DNA of 64,000 nt from Pseudomonadota bacterium (lineage in GTDB: Bacteria > Desulfobacterota > Desulfobacteria > Desulfobacterales > JBDRRP01): assembly GCA_043825735.1 (NCBI GenBank), contig JBDRRP010000112.1, positions 1 to 64,000 of the forward strand, written 5' to 3'. The notes beneath the pieces were generated by a model. It saw only the letters and a list, made by a program, of their open reading frames with translations. It was not told the DNA's origin and ran no database searches. The position numbers were made by a program, and so were the translations under genes. Of the stretch, positions 28,838-38,885 are shown piece after piece. The first letter of the stretch is position 1. Every line of letters begins with the position of its first letter.

Positions 28838-29923
28838 TCACGCATCGATTGCCTCTTGGGCAGTGGTTTGTTCCGCGCGTGCATTCAGCCACACTTTGAT
28901 GACGGCGTGGGCCAATGTTGCCAGAGGGATGGCAAAGAAAAGACCCCACACGCCCCACAACCCGCCGAAGACCAGTACGGCGACGATGATGGCGATGGGG
29001 TGCAGATTGACAACTTCCGACAGCAGCAGCGGTGCCAGCAGGTTGCCGTCAAAAAGCTGGATTACGCCGTAGGCGATGACCGCGTAGAGGCATTCCGCAC
29101 TCCAGCCCCACTGGAAATAGGCAAACAGGGCTACCGGAAAATACACTACGGTGACGCCCACATAAGGGACCAGCACCGAGAGTCCGACCATGATGGATAC
29201 CAGCATCGTGAATTTCATCCCCAGAAGTCGGAACGTAGCAAAGCTGATGCCACCGAGAATCAGAATCTCCCAGATTTTTCCACGGATGTAGTTGGCAATC
29301 TGAGCGTTGACTTCGCTCCAGACCGCTGTGGCCAAACCGCGATTGTCGGGCAGCAGCATCATGATCCAGGCGAGCATTTTTTCCTTATCCTTCAAAAAGA
29401 AGAAGACCATCAAGGGAACCAGGATAAGGTAGACCAGCGCGGTGATGACGCCGCGGACCGATGCCATGGACAGGGACAAGAGCCGCTGGGCCATCGCTGT
29501 GAGCCCGGTGTTGATAGTCCCCAGGATATGCCGAACTTGCTCTTCAGACACATAATCGGGGTATCTTTCGGGCAGGTGCATGAGCTGTTTCTGTCCGCCG
29601 GCCAGCATGGACGGCAACTGCTGCAGCAGTTGTCCGATCTGACTGGACAGGACGGGCAGCATGCCTACGGTGATGATCAACACCACGGATAAAAACCCGA
29701 TGAATACAATGATGACGGCGGCCAGTCGGGGAACACGGAACCGCTGGAGCCGGGCGACGATGCCTTCCAGGACATATGCGATGACGATTCCGGCAAATAC
29801 CGGCAACAGCATTTCACCGAAAAGGAAGAAGAGCAGAAAACCGAGGGTGAGCAGAAAACCGAGAATCACCATTTGCGGATCCGAGAACTTCCGGTTGATC
29901 CACGTCTGAAACAACGGAAACAT
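28838..29923 (-). CDS. AI-2E family transporter (PerM-like)
   Basis: LVPYVG, QLFDGNLLAPLL, LHPIAII and GGLWGVWGLFFAIP motifs. Confidence 0.9.
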   Translation of the reverse strand: MFPLFQTWINRKFSDPQMVILGFLLTLGFLLFFLFGEMLLPVFAGIVIAYVLEGIVARLQRFRVPRLAAVIIVFIGFLSVVLIITVGMLPVLSSQIGQLLQQLPSMLAGGQKQLMHLPERYPDYVSEEQVRHILGTINTGLTAMAQRLLSLSMASVRGVITALVYLILVPLMVFFFLKDKEKMLAWIMMLLPDNRGLATAVWSEVNAQIANYIRGKIWEILILGGISFATFRLLGMKFTMLVSIMVGLSVLVPYVGVTVVYFPVALFAYFQWGWSAECLYAVIAYGVIQLFDGNLLAPLLLSEVVNLHPIAIIVAVLVFGGLWGVWGLFFAIPLATLAHAVIKVWLNARAEQTTAQEAIDA

Positions 29924-30063
29924 ATCTCACTCCTTCAGCCACCGGCTGATAACATGCATCATCGCCTTCGGCCTGTGCAACGCGTCAATCCCGCAAGGGT
30001 GGCGTCTGGCCCGGCCCGGGGAATGGGCCTTTCGGCGGCGCGTCACGATGGACGGCGTCTCGG

Positions 30064-30468
30064 TCAGCTTTGACAGGCGAGATCGGCGATGGACACTTTG
30101 TCCAGTTCAATAAAGAGCGCTTCTGTGGCGGCTTCCCAGGCGCTGCGAACCCGGCAGGTGTCGGCTTTATCGCAGACCTTGGGTGATTTCACACATTCCA
30201 CGAGTTCCGCCGGCCCTTCAAACAGTCTGACGATTTCTCCCAAGCTGATGGTGGCGGCATCTCTGGCCAGGGTATGCCCACCCCTGGCGCCGCGAACGCT
30301 TTCGATCAGGCCGGCGCTCTTCAGCTTTCTGATCAACTGCTCCATATATTTGACCGGGATGCCTTGGTTCCGCGATATTCGACTCACCGGCATGGGGCCG
30401 GCAACAGTTTGCGTGGCAAGTTCAACGAGAATGCGCGTTCCGTATCGGCTTCGAGTGGACAATTTCAT
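30064..30468 (-). CDS. Rrf2 family regulator (IscR-like, three Cys)
   Basis: MKLSTRSRYG, SVRGARGG and C..C..C. Confidence 0.9.
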   Translation of the reverse strand: MKLSTRSRYGTRILVELATQTVAGPMPVSRISRNQGIPVKYMEQLIRKLKSAGLIESVRGARGGHTLARDAATISLGEIVRLFEGPAELVECVKSPKVCDKADTCRVRSAWEAATEALFIELDKVSIADLACQS

Positions 30469-30713
30469 GTTGGTTTTCCTGACGGGTGAAAGATTGTCTG
30501 CTGCAGTGCAACCGGGCCCATGCACCGCGCGTGCGTGGCCTGCCGCTTAAGAGATGGTCCAAACTACGGGGTATGAAAAGTGATTGTCAACTGAAAAGCA
30601 TTCGAAGGAAGGGCGAGACAGACTATTTACGCCAGTCACCGACGGAGGGCACCGCTGTCGGGCGTCAAGGTTTTGTCAGGGCAGGGCGGCGTTTAAGATG
30701 GGTGTCAAGTTTT

Positions 30714-30855
30714 GCCAGTCCCGTAAAAAGTCTGAAATCACCACAGAGGACGCAGAGAGCGCAGAGATAACTTAATAATTATTCAGTATATTCTCTGCGG
30801 CTTTCTGCGCTCTCTGCGGTCTGTGTGGTTCAAAATCTTTTTTTACGGTTTCATC
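30714..30855. mobile_element. MITE-like element with imperfect TIRs, a 7-bp flanking direct repeat and internal inverted nonamer repeats
   Basis: CCGTAAAAA / TTTTTACGG ends; AAGTTTT at 30707-30713 and 30856-30862; internal CGCAGAG.. / ..CTCTGCG. Confidence 0.7.
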
Positions 30856-30921
30856 AAGTTTTGCGACCAAATGACCGATACCACAGGCAGAAATGTCTCG
30901 GTTGCCGCGAGTGGTACTTTC

Positions 30922-30937
30922 TGGCGCCGATTTTGCA
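30922..30937 (+). promoter_or_regulatory. Candidate sigma-54 promoter
   Basis: TGGCGC-N5-TTGCA upstream of 31040 and 31388. Confidence 0.6.
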
Positions 30938-31039
30938 TAAATTTAATGCAGAATCTGCCTTCATTTCTGCAGCGAGGTGGCGAGGGCTGACCCCGGCACC
31001 TGCGGTGATGGACCGGGCATAGACAAAGGGGGTAGGACA

Positions 31040-31366
31040 ATGAGCATCGAGCTGCTCTTTTCAAAACATGACGATATCGCCGAGTTTGCCGCTAAACCGG
31101 TGGTGAGCTGTGAAACGATCGAATCCTGGATATCGGCGGGTGTTCTGACGCCCGAGGAGACCGCCGGCGCTTCCCGGATCCTCAGTCTGCTGCTTCAGCA
31201 ACGCATGGACCGTCGAGACTGTGACCGGTTTCCGCGAATTGCTGCGCAGTTTCTGGAAACCGCCCGCCCTCGGGGTATCCAAATGTCCATGGCTGCACTG
31301 AAGGCGGCGGCCGGCGGCACCCGACGGTGGGTGGGCCGATGGTTTCGAAAAAATGGAACTAACTGA
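31040..31366 (+). CDS. Hypothetical protein
   Basis: AGGA RBS; co-oriented upstream of the TPR gene. Confidence 0.55.
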   Translation: MSIELLFSKHDDIAEFAAKPVVSCETIESWISAGVLTPEETAGASRILSLLLQQRMDRRDCDRFPRIAAQFLETARPRGIQMSMAALKAAAGGTRRWVGRWFRKNGTN

Positions 31367-31387
31367 CATGCGAGCGGCAGGTTAGTC

Positions 31388-32593
31388 ATGGATGTCAACG
31401 GAATTCTGGATACCCGGCTTGCTGATAGCCTGTTTGCGGCCCTTTCGAGCAGAAATCAGCAGGCTCAGCTGGATCAGTTGGCCACCCAGGCGCTGTCCAG
31501 CGGCATCGACCGGTACATGAACGGTGACTACGACGGTGCGGTCGATGAGTTCCGCAGATCCATGGGGATTTCCCCCCGCTCGGAATACGCCGTGGAGTCC
31601 GCAGCGTACATGGCGCGGTCCTATCTCAAGCTCGAAAAACCCGAAAAAGCCATTGACGCCTACAAACTGGCCATTGAACTCAACCCGGAACGGGACGATA
31701 CGTTCATCAGTCTGGGCAATCTGCAGTTCTCCATGGAGCGGTATGCCGACGCCGAGGAATCCTACCGGAACGCCGCTGAAATAAATCCCAGCGCCACGAA
31801 TTTGTTTTCACTGGGGCAGGTCTATCTCAGAACCGAGAACTTCACCAAGGCCGAAGAGACCTTTAAACGGGTCATTGCGATGACCCCTGAAGACAGCGGC
31901 GGCTATTTTGGCCTGGGGCAGGCCTACGGCGGCATGGAATCTTACGATCTGGCCCTAAAGGAATTCGAGAAGGCCGTGACCATCAAACCTGAATTCTGGG
32001 ACGCCCACGCCGAGATTGGCTATACCTACGCGGACATGGGCGACATGGATAAAGCTCAGGAGGTTTTCGACATGCTGAATCTGGACGCGCCGGAGCAGGC
32101 AGACTCCTTGAGCCGTTACATGTACAAGGTGGACCCCCCGCGCATTGAATTCGCCGACGCCGAATCCACCTTCAATTATTTTGCCTCCTTCCGCTCACCC
32201 CTTTCCGCCCTCGACGCTTATCTGGTCAACGCCAATGCCTCAAAGGAATTCACCATGATCTTCCAGTTTGGCAAGAACATGGACATGGACTCTGTGCAAA
32301 ACCGCTTCAACTGGCGCATCGGACGCTCCACCAGCAACAATCCGGGAGAGGCCTACAATTTTGGTCTGAAGATCCCAGATTCTGAAATCAAGCTCACTCC
32401 GTTCCCGGACCGCGTGGTTTACGATCCGCGCACCCTTCAGGCCAAACTGACGTTTACGGTCACCCAGAACGCCACTGAAGACGGGACCATCGATCCCTCC
32501 CACATCGCTTTCAAATTCATGGGCACTGACAAAAACGGGGTCCGCATGGATCCTGCTGCCGACGAATGGATCGGCTACAGCGGCGCGATGTAG
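31388..32593 (+). CDS. Tetratricopeptide repeat protein
   Basis: Repeated A..Y..AIELNP and FEKAVTIKP TPR motifs. Confidence 0.9.
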   Translation: MDVNGILDTRLADSLFAALSSRNQQAQLDQLATQALSSGIDRYMNGDYDGAVDEFRRSMGISPRSEYAVESAAYMARSYLKLEKPEKAIDAYKLAIELNPERDDTFISLGNLQFSMERYADAEESYRNAAEINPSATNLFSLGQVYLRTENFTKAEETFKRVIAMTPEDSGGYFGLGQAYGGMESYDLALKEFEKAVTIKPEFWDAHAEIGYTYADMGDMDKAQEVFDMLNLDAPEQADSLSRYMYKVDPPRIEFADAESTFNYFASFRSPLSALDAYLVNANASKEFTMIFQFGKNMDMDSVQNRFNWRIGRSTSNNPGEAYNFGLKIPDSEIKLTPFPDRVVYDPRTLQAKLTFTVTQNATEDGTIDPSHIAFKFMGTDKNGVRMDPAADEWIGYSGAM

Positions 32594-32612
32594 GGTCGTA
32601 GCCGTTTTGCCG

Positions 32613-33623
32613 TCAGGGAGTGGATGGCGCCGGCGGTACCGGGTCCTGGGGCGGGAACACTCGAGTGATGCGGCCGGTGGCCGGATGGGTGAAAATCATT
32701 TCACGCGCTGGACAGTATGCATCGAAGGCCAGGCGGCCGTCGATGACTTTGCCGGGGGCCACGGTATCATTAAAGTCCTTGGACTGGTAGACGGCAAACC
32801 GGGCGTTGTTCGTGCACACGAGGGTGAAATGCCGGGGGGTGACCCGTATGGGCGCCGTGAGCCGGTTTTCAATCCAGACGTGAAATTTGCCGCCGCCCAG
32901 GTTTTCTATGGCCATCCGGGCGCGCACGTTGCCCTCAAACGATTTTAGGGCGGCATTCTGCAGCCGGCGTTGCTCCGCTGCCTGTCGCTTGGCTTCGGCC
33001 TGGATCTGCTGGTCGCGTTCGAGTTGGGCTTCGTAGTAAGCCATCTTACGGATGTATTTGGGGTTTTCCGGATCCAACTTGTGCAGGTAACGGTAGATAT
33101 TCAGATTGTCCGTTGTCCGGGACACGGGAATCCGGCGCGCCTGGTTTTCCAGGCGGGCGATCTGAGCGCGGGTGGCCTCGTCCGGCTGGTGATCGGCAGC
33201 ATTGCCGTTGAGGCGCAGCGGGGCTTCTTTTTTCACCTGCTGGGCGGAGGCGGTGGCTTCGCGCAGACGGCGGCTCTGCTCGGCAGCGGCCGCTTTCTGA
33301 TCATTTTCCCAGGCGTTCATCCACTGGTGACCGACGGCGGCCACTTGGCCGTCTGCCACTACGATGGGAATGCAGGAGGTCAGGTCTTTGGTGCAGTCTG
33401 AAACGAGGGATTCCCGGTAATAGAGAATGTGTGCAGAATAAGGCGTAGGCTCGACACGGTCCGGCTCACCGGCCAGCAGACGAACGGTTTTTTCTTCCAT
33501 CCCGGCTTCGATCTTGTTGATGGTATCGTCGCCGGGCGGCAGGTGGAGGGCTGCCGGCGCACAGGCGATCAGTATGCCCATGGCAGCGGTAATCATGATA
33601 CGACAACTGCGGTGGTTGGTCAT
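32613..33623 (-). CDS. Lipoprotein with a SmpA/DUF3192-like N-terminal domain
   Basis: Lipobox LIA-C; IEAGM...V..LAGEPD; C.PIVV.DGQV. Confidence 0.65.
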   Translation of the reverse strand: MTNHRSCRIMITAAMGILIACAPAALHLPPGDDTINKIEAGMEEKTVRLLAGEPDRVEPTPYSAHILYYRESLVSDCTKDLTSCIPIVVADGQVAAVGHQWMNAWENDQKAAAAEQSRRLREATASAQQVKKEAPLRLNGNAADHQPDEATRAQIARLENQARRIPVSRTTDNLNIYRYLHKLDPENPKYIRKMAYYEAQLERDQQIQAEAKRQAAEQRRLQNAALKSFEGNVRARMAIENLGGGKFHVWIENRLTAPIRVTPRHFTLVCTNNARFAVYQSKDFNDTVAPGKVIDGRLAFDAYCPAREMIFTHPATGRITRVFPPQDPVPPAPSTP

Positions 33624-33708
33624 ATGCGGTTTCCGATGCTCTCGATGCCCGATGACGCCCCGACGAATAGCCCGAATCTTTCTTTCCTACTGAAAATCCA
33701 CGCTCCTG

Positions 33709-34278
33709 TCAAAAGACACCGTGCTCTCGAAGTATATTGATGCCGATGGCGATGAGCACCACGCCGCCCAGGGCTTCGGCCCAACGGCTGAAGTGTGCGG
33801 CCCGACTGAGGGCTTTGCCCAGGTGCATGCCGGCGACGGTGAAACCGCCGGCCACAAGGCCGATGATCAGGGCCGGCGTCCATATGGATACGTTCAGCAT
33901 GGACAGGGTGAGCCCCACTGCCAGGGCGTCGATGCTGGTGGCCACCGAGAGCATGACCATGGTAAGACCCCTCGTGGGATCGCAGCTGTCACGGTCGTCG
34001 TCGTCTTTGCTCATGGCCGAGTGGATCATATGAGCACCGATCAGAAACAGCAACCCAAAGGCGGCCCAGTGGGCAAAGTGCTCGACCACGGTGCGGATGG
34101 TCAGTCCGGCGCTCCAGCCGATGATCGGCATCAGGGCCTGGAACAGGCCAAAATGCCATGCCAGCCGAAATGTCTGACGGGTGTTGACCGTTTTCAGCAT
34201 GACGCCGGTGGCGATGGCCACGGCAAATGCATCCATGGCCAGTGCCACGGCGATTCCGATTACATTCAGCAACTGCAC
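33709..34278 (-). CDS. mntP: Manganese efflux pump
   Basis: ALAMDAFAV, FGLFQALMP and ATSIDALAVG motifs. Confidence 0.95.
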   Translation of the reverse strand: MQLLNVIGIAVALAMDAFAVAIATGVMLKTVNTRQTFRLAWHFGLFQALMPIIGWSAGLTIRTVVEHFAHWAAFGLLFLIGAHMIHSAMSKDDDDRDSCDPTRGLTMVMLSVATSIDALAVGLTLSMLNVSIWTPALIIGLVAGGFTVAGMHLGKALSRAAHFSRWAEALGGVVLIAIGINILREHGVF

Positions 34279-34572
34279 GGGAGGCCTCCTTCACGCCGCG
34301 GGTGTCAGGCCTTATATAGCCAAATCCGCCGGAGTGCGCAAACACCAGCCGAAATGAAGTTGACCAACGGTGACGGCTGACGCGCATTCGGGTATTCGCG
34401 GAGCCGTAATGCTCAAGTCGACATTTCACAGACCATTGAATAGGGCGCCGCGAAGAGAACCGGATTCAGGCTTTTAAGGCGGGATGCGCTTGACAGGATG
34501 AGGCCTAACGCATTAGATCCTATTCATTGCGGATGCCCTCTAACACATGAAACCAGCGACGAGGCGGTGACT

Positions 34573-35265
34573 ATGTACGATACGACGGCTGAAGAACGCT
34601 TTAAAGATGGCGCGATCGTCTATGCCGAAGGCAGCCACGGAGATTGGATATATCTTATTACTTCCGGCCACGTGGAAATGCTGCGCGCGTTTGAAGGCAA
34701 TTCTCATGTCATTGAAACCCTCGGGCCCGGCGAGATTTTCGGCGAGGTATCGTTTTTCTCCGGTGCCCCGAGATTGTCTACGGCTCGGGCCAAAGGCGAC
34801 ATCGTTCTGGAAATACTCGATCGCAGCATGCTCGATACGGAATATAATCGGCTGTCGGAAGACTTTCAGGCCATCGTTAAACGCCTGGCCAACCGCTACC
34901 GGCTGGTGAGCGACGCCCTGCTGCGCAGCCGGCTGCGGCGTCAGGCGCCGCGGTATCGCAAAGTATTGTCCATGTCATTCAAGACCAGGGCCGGGCTGGT
35001 GAGCGCGTTTTCCGAGAACGTCAACACCGACGGCATGTTCATCCGCTCTCAGCAGGTGATGCCCAAAGGGGAGCAGTTTCTTCTCAAACTCGATATCCCG
35101 GGGGGGGGAGAGACCCTGCAAATCGGTTGTGAAGTGGCCTGGAGTCGGCCCGCCGAGAAAGCCGATGCCGATAACCCGGCCGGTATGGGGGTGAAGTTCA
35201 TCCAGATCGGGGCGTCGGAAAGATCGCACCTCAAGACGGCGCTGAAAGGGACCGACGTGGTTTGA
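34573..35265 (+). CDS. cNMP-binding domain + PilZ domain protein
   Basis: GEIFGEVSF..PRLSTARA; RRQAPR and NVNTDG PilZ motifs; GMGVKF. Confidence 0.85.
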   Translation: MYDTTAEERFKDGAIVYAEGSHGDWIYLITSGHVEMLRAFEGNSHVIETLGPGEIFGEVSFFSGAPRLSTARAKGDIVLEILDRSMLDTEYNRLSEDFQAIVKRLANRYRLVSDALLRSRLRRQAPRYRKVLSMSFKTRAGLVSAFSENVNTDGMFIRSQQVMPKGEQFLLKLDIPGGGETLQIGCEVAWSRPAEKADADNPAGMGVKFIQIGASERSHLKTALKGTDVV

Positions 35266-35555
35266 GTCTCCCGCCGGGGGGCTGCAACGGATGCCGTCCG
35301 ATCCGTTTTCCTTTGACTAATGGGGCGTCCTTTGTAATGCTGGCACCAAGTCGCTGTGCATCGCGCGCCGAAATAGCGGGTGCCGAACGCCGGAGCCTTC
35401 TCGCTCATCTCACAGACCACACCAGACGCTCCTCACATCTGATTCAGGCGCTCGTCAGGCTATTGCCCATCCACAATCGGCAGTGTTGGTACCGAAACGG
35501 TTGACCGTTCGGTGCCGTTTCCCCTCATGTTTTATTACTTACAAGGAGGTGACCC

Positions 35556-35765
35556 ATGGCCGGAAGCGTTTACAAGATAATTGAATTGGTCGGAACGAGT
35601 GAGAAGTCCTGGGAAGAGGCCGCGGCATTGGCCGTCAGCAAGGCCGCCACAAGCCTCAGAGATTTGCGGGTGGCCGAGGTATCCAAACTGGACATGACCG
35701 TGCAGGACGGCAATGTGGTTTCTTACCGAGCCCGCATTCTGGTGTCTTTCAAGTTCGAGAAGTGA
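35556..35765 (+). CDS. Dodecin
   Basis: VYKIIELVGTSEKSWEEAA..SFK; AAGGAGGT RBS. Confidence 0.95.
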   Translation: MAGSVYKIIELVGTSEKSWEEAAALAVSKAATSLRDLRVAEVSKLDMTVQDGNVVSYRARILVSFKFEK

Positions 35766-35883
35766 TGCCCGGGTCCGGGGGCCGGTGATGGCGGCGCGAG
35801 CGCACCCGCGTAGGACGGTCTGCCCGGTGAGGCGGCGGCGACGCCGCCTCAAACCCCGGGAGCCAGTACCGGCAAAAGGGTGA

Positions 35884-36324
35884 TCACGGTTTGCCGAAAA
35901 GCTCGTCCCATTCCAGCTCTTCTTCCCACTTTTCTCTTTTGTACCACTCCTCGTTTTTATACCAGGCTGGCATTTCCGGCCTGCTGAACTCCTTGAATTC
36001 CCATTTTTTATGGCCGAAGTAAACGATGCCGATGATCTCCCGCTTGCCCACCAGACCAATGAACCCCACTTTTCCATATTTGCCCGACGTCACGCAGCCG
36101 GCGATACTGCTGAAAACGCCTTCCATGATGTCCCAGGTCCCCAGGAAGGGCGGCTTGTCACAACTGTTGATGATCAGGCTGTCGTTTCGCCAGGTCGAGC
36201 ACTCGATGATCGGCGTGATAAATCCGCGCAGGCGGCCATAGTCCGCTTCGGTGATGCCGTGAACCGCTCCCTGGATGATGTTTACCTTGACGGTATTCAT
36301 GACCTGAGTATCGTCGTTTCCCAT
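35884..36324 (-). CDS. Hypothetical protein
   Basis: GGAGGT RBS; 146-aa ORF. Confidence 0.7.
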   Translation of the reverse strand: MGNDDTQVMNTVKVNIIQGAVHGITEADYGRLRGFITPIIECSTWRNDSLIINSCDKPPFLGTWDIMEGVFSSIAGCVTSGKYGKVGFIGLVGKREIIGIVYFGHKKWEFKEFSRPEMPAWYKNEEWYKREKWEEELEWDELFGKP

Positions 36325-36560
36325 TGGCGACCTCCCATTCGAACTGACTCGCCGGCACCGCAAAGGCAGGTGAGGGCGGCCAGCGGCAGTCTGAACCATT
36401 TTTCGAGTTGACTGAAAATATAAGATAGGGTCAGCGTCCGCGTCAACAGCTTATCGGTGGCGGATGCCGGGTTTTTCAATTATTTTCCGACGCATAGCCC
36501 AGGGTGCGGCGCTATTGCGACGGCTGCGTGAGGGGCGGTCGGTACCGCCACGGGCCATAT

Positions 36561-36610
36561 AAATAAAAAAGGGTTTGCGAGGGGAATCCCTCGTAAACCC
36601 TTTTTTATTT
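36561..36610. terminator. Bidirectional terminator downstream of the tRNA
   Basis: AAATAAAAAAGGGTTTGCGAGGG-GAAT-CCCTCGTAAACCCTTTTTTATTT. Confidence 0.9.
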
Positions 36611-36612
36611 AT

Positions 36613-36687
36613 TGGTGGGCGATACTGGGATTGAACCAGTGACTTCTACCGTGTGAAGGTAGCACTCTCCCGCTGAGTTAATCGCCC
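36613..36687 (-). tRNA. tRNA-Val (anticodon CAC)
   Basis: GGGCGATTAACTCAGCGGGAGAGTGCTACCTTCACACGGTAGAAGTCACTGGTTCAATCCCAGTATCGCCCACCA folds as a cloverleaf with encoded CCA. Confidence 0.97.
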
Positions 36688-36929
36688 GAACGATTTGTAA
36701 TCGTAGCTAAAACGAAAACGGTACCGCGCTTCAAGTGGGACCCATTTAACGCAAGTGGGTTCATTTTCTTTGTGTTTGGGTGTTTAGCAGAAAATGGAGA
36801 CTCCGTAAAGTCCTAATTTCCATATCTAACTATAAGTAATTAAACAGATATCTGGAAAAATCGCATTCCCGGATCTCTCCGCACGGTATCCTTGATAGCC
36901 CTGAAAAAAGCCGGATTCCTGATTATGCA

Positions 36930-37931
36930 CTATTCTCCAGTGAAAGGGCCTGTGCTGTTTGGACACAGGAAATTCATCGCTGCGACGAAGCGCTCACCAC
37001 GCCGTCCCAAATTGGCACCGGGAATCAGTTGAATCCATAACGGTAGATGGTCGGAGAGCTGGTAAGTGAAATCAGTCTCATTCGGCGTGTTGTTGGGATA
37101 AAGGCCTTCGACGCCGCCGGAGTAAAAATCCAGGATGCCGCCGTGATCCGTGAAAACGCTGGATTCGGTCGGATAATGCAGAATCTGATCATAGCGTTTG
37201 TTCATAGCCAGGTTCGAACCGTGCTCGGTTCCGCGCAGGGCTGCCGGGATTCTCAGCCCTTGACTGGTGATTGCCTTAAAAAGGTCGTCGTCGATCGCCG
37301 GGATGTTGAAATCGCCCATCAAGATGATGTCTTTGTCCACCGCAAAGGGGTCTTTCCGGCGCTTTTCGATCCATTCGGCCAAGAGCTTCAGCGGGCGGAT
37401 CCTGTTTTTTTCCTTATCCCAGCGGATATGGGCCGTGATGAGCATGAAATCAAAACTGCCGGACTTGAATGATGCGATATACGGTTTGCGCCACCAGGAG
37501 TGCAGCGGGACGTATTCCCCCGTCGTCTTGTCCTTTTTTCTGGGAGCGTCGGCCTCGGCAGCAAAGCCGGTAAATACCACCGATCTTTTGTCATAGAGAT
37601 AGGCGACCCGCTCCCAGTTGCCACCGGAGTCGGCGATGTGATCCGAATATACGATTTTCCAGTAGTCACCCAGGACATCCAGAACCCTTCCAAGGTCTTT
37701 CAGATTGTTGCGGACCTCGGTAATGGCGATCAGGTCAAACTGGTTCAGGATCTCCGCGATGAAATGGATCGAAGCATTGAGCCGCCGCTTTTTACCGAAC
37801 TCGCGGATATTCCAAGTGGCGATGTTGATGGATGCGTCCAGCGTCGAGGGGGGGATGTTCGCGGCCTGGATCCGTTTTCGCAGCTCCTGGAGGCCCTTTG
37901 CCGTATCGACATCCAAATTTCCATGAAACAT
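36930..37931 (-). CDS. Endonuclease/exonuclease/phosphatase (EEP, DNase I-like) protein
   Basis: ATWNIREF, AITEV, MGDFN, YDQI and SDHLPLW motifs. Confidence 0.9.
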   Translation of the reverse strand: MFHGNLDVDTAKGLQELRKRIQAANIPPSTLDASINIATWNIREFGKKRRLNASIHFIAEILNQFDLIAITEVRNNLKDLGRVLDVLGDYWKIVYSDHIADSGGNWERVAYLYDKRSVVFTGFAAEADAPRKKDKTTGEYVPLHSWWRKPYIASFKSGSFDFMLITAHIRWDKEKNRIRPLKLLAEWIEKRRKDPFAVDKDIILMGDFNIPAIDDDLFKAITSQGLRIPAALRGTEHGSNLAMNKRYDQILHYPTESSVFTDHGGILDFYSGGVEGLYPNNTPNETDFTYQLSDHLPLWIQLIPGANLGRRGERFVAAMNFLCPNSTGPFTGE

Positions 37932-37958
37932 TATTCGCCCTCCTTTGAGGCTAAAACC

Positions 37959-38786
37959 TCATGTCGTGCGGATGCGAACATACAGATCCTTCTGCCCTGA
38001 GGATGGCAACTTTCTTTCTTCGAATTCGAAGAGGTCATTCAGGGCCTTTACAAGATCGCTCAGCTTCCTGTAGCCGTAATTACGGGAATCGAAGTCAGAC
38101 CGTAGCTTCGTCAGATAACTTCCAAACGCCCCGAGATGAGCCCAGCCGCTATCATCGCACGCTTGCTCAAAGGCCTGCCTGAAAAATTCCCTTGGTATCT
38201 CTTTGGAGGTCTTACCGCCTTGTTTTGCCGATTCTTGCATGGCAACTGAACTGCATTTAGGGGATGTTTTTTTAGCCGGTGGTATTGCATTACCAACAGT
38301 ATGAGTCGGGCTGGGCCTCAGGACTTCCGTAAAAACGAACTTGTGACATGCATTTCGAAAAGCTTCGGGTGTCTTTTCTTCTCCAAAACCATATACCATT
38401 AATCCTTCTTCGCGAATTCTGAGTGCAAGTCCAGTGAAATCACTGTCACTTGAGACTAAACAGAACCCGTCAAAGCGCCTGGTATATAAGAGGTCCATTG
38501 CGTCAATGATCAATGTACTATCTGTAGCATTTTTCCCCTTGGTATATGCAAATTGCTGAACCGGCTTGATAGCGAATTGGTGCAGGCACTTTTTCCACTG
38601 CGCACTGGTTGACGCAGTGAAGTCGCCATAGATTCGTTTGACAGTCGCTTCGCCCAAGAGCGCAATTTCGGCCAATAAAGCTTCAATGACTGAAGGTTGG
38701 GCGTTATCAGCATCAATGAGAACAGCGAGTCTCTGGGTTGCATGTTCAGCTTCAATCTTCGCGATAAGTTTTGAATTGACAGGCAA
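37959..38786 (-). CDS. NYN (PIN-like) domain nuclease with C-terminal OST-HTH/LOTUS
   Basis: LIDADN, IYGDF, KNATD, SSDSDF and FDSRNYGYRKLSDL motifs. Confidence 0.9.
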   Translation of the reverse strand: MPVNSKLIAKIEAEHATQRLAVLIDADNAQPSVIEALLAEIALLGEATVKRIYGDFTASTSAQWKKCLHQFAIKPVQQFAYTKGKNATDSTLIIDAMDLLYTRRFDGFCLVSSDSDFTGLALRIREEGLMVYGFGEEKTPEAFRNACHKFVFTEVLRPSPTHTVGNAIPPAKKTSPKCSSVAMQESAKQGGKTSKEIPREFFRQAFEQACDDSGWAHLGAFGSYLTKLRSDFDSRNYGYRKLSDLVKALNDLFEFEERKLPSSGQKDLYVRIRTT

Positions 38787-38885
38787 AATAGTTCCCTTTT
38801 TTATAGGTGAATAGAACGACTTAAGGATGCTAATTATGTGATATAAACTTGATACTTTAGGGGCGCCACTATCTCTACACAGTTA

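Noticed and set aside
400..29692. Long overlapping or antisense ORFs (e.g. 400-1377, 4720-5793, 16183-17325, 27671-28789, 28793-29692)
   Set aside because: These are shadow ORFs expected from high GC3 in real genes and carry no family motifs
34279..34480. yybP-ykoY Mn riboswitch upstream of mntP
   Set aside because: The conserved motifs were not found by eye
36613..36687. tRNA-Val as the attB site of the island
   Set aside because: The island lies on the tRNA 5' side, the native terminator is intact, and no duplicated tRNA 3' end was seen in the window
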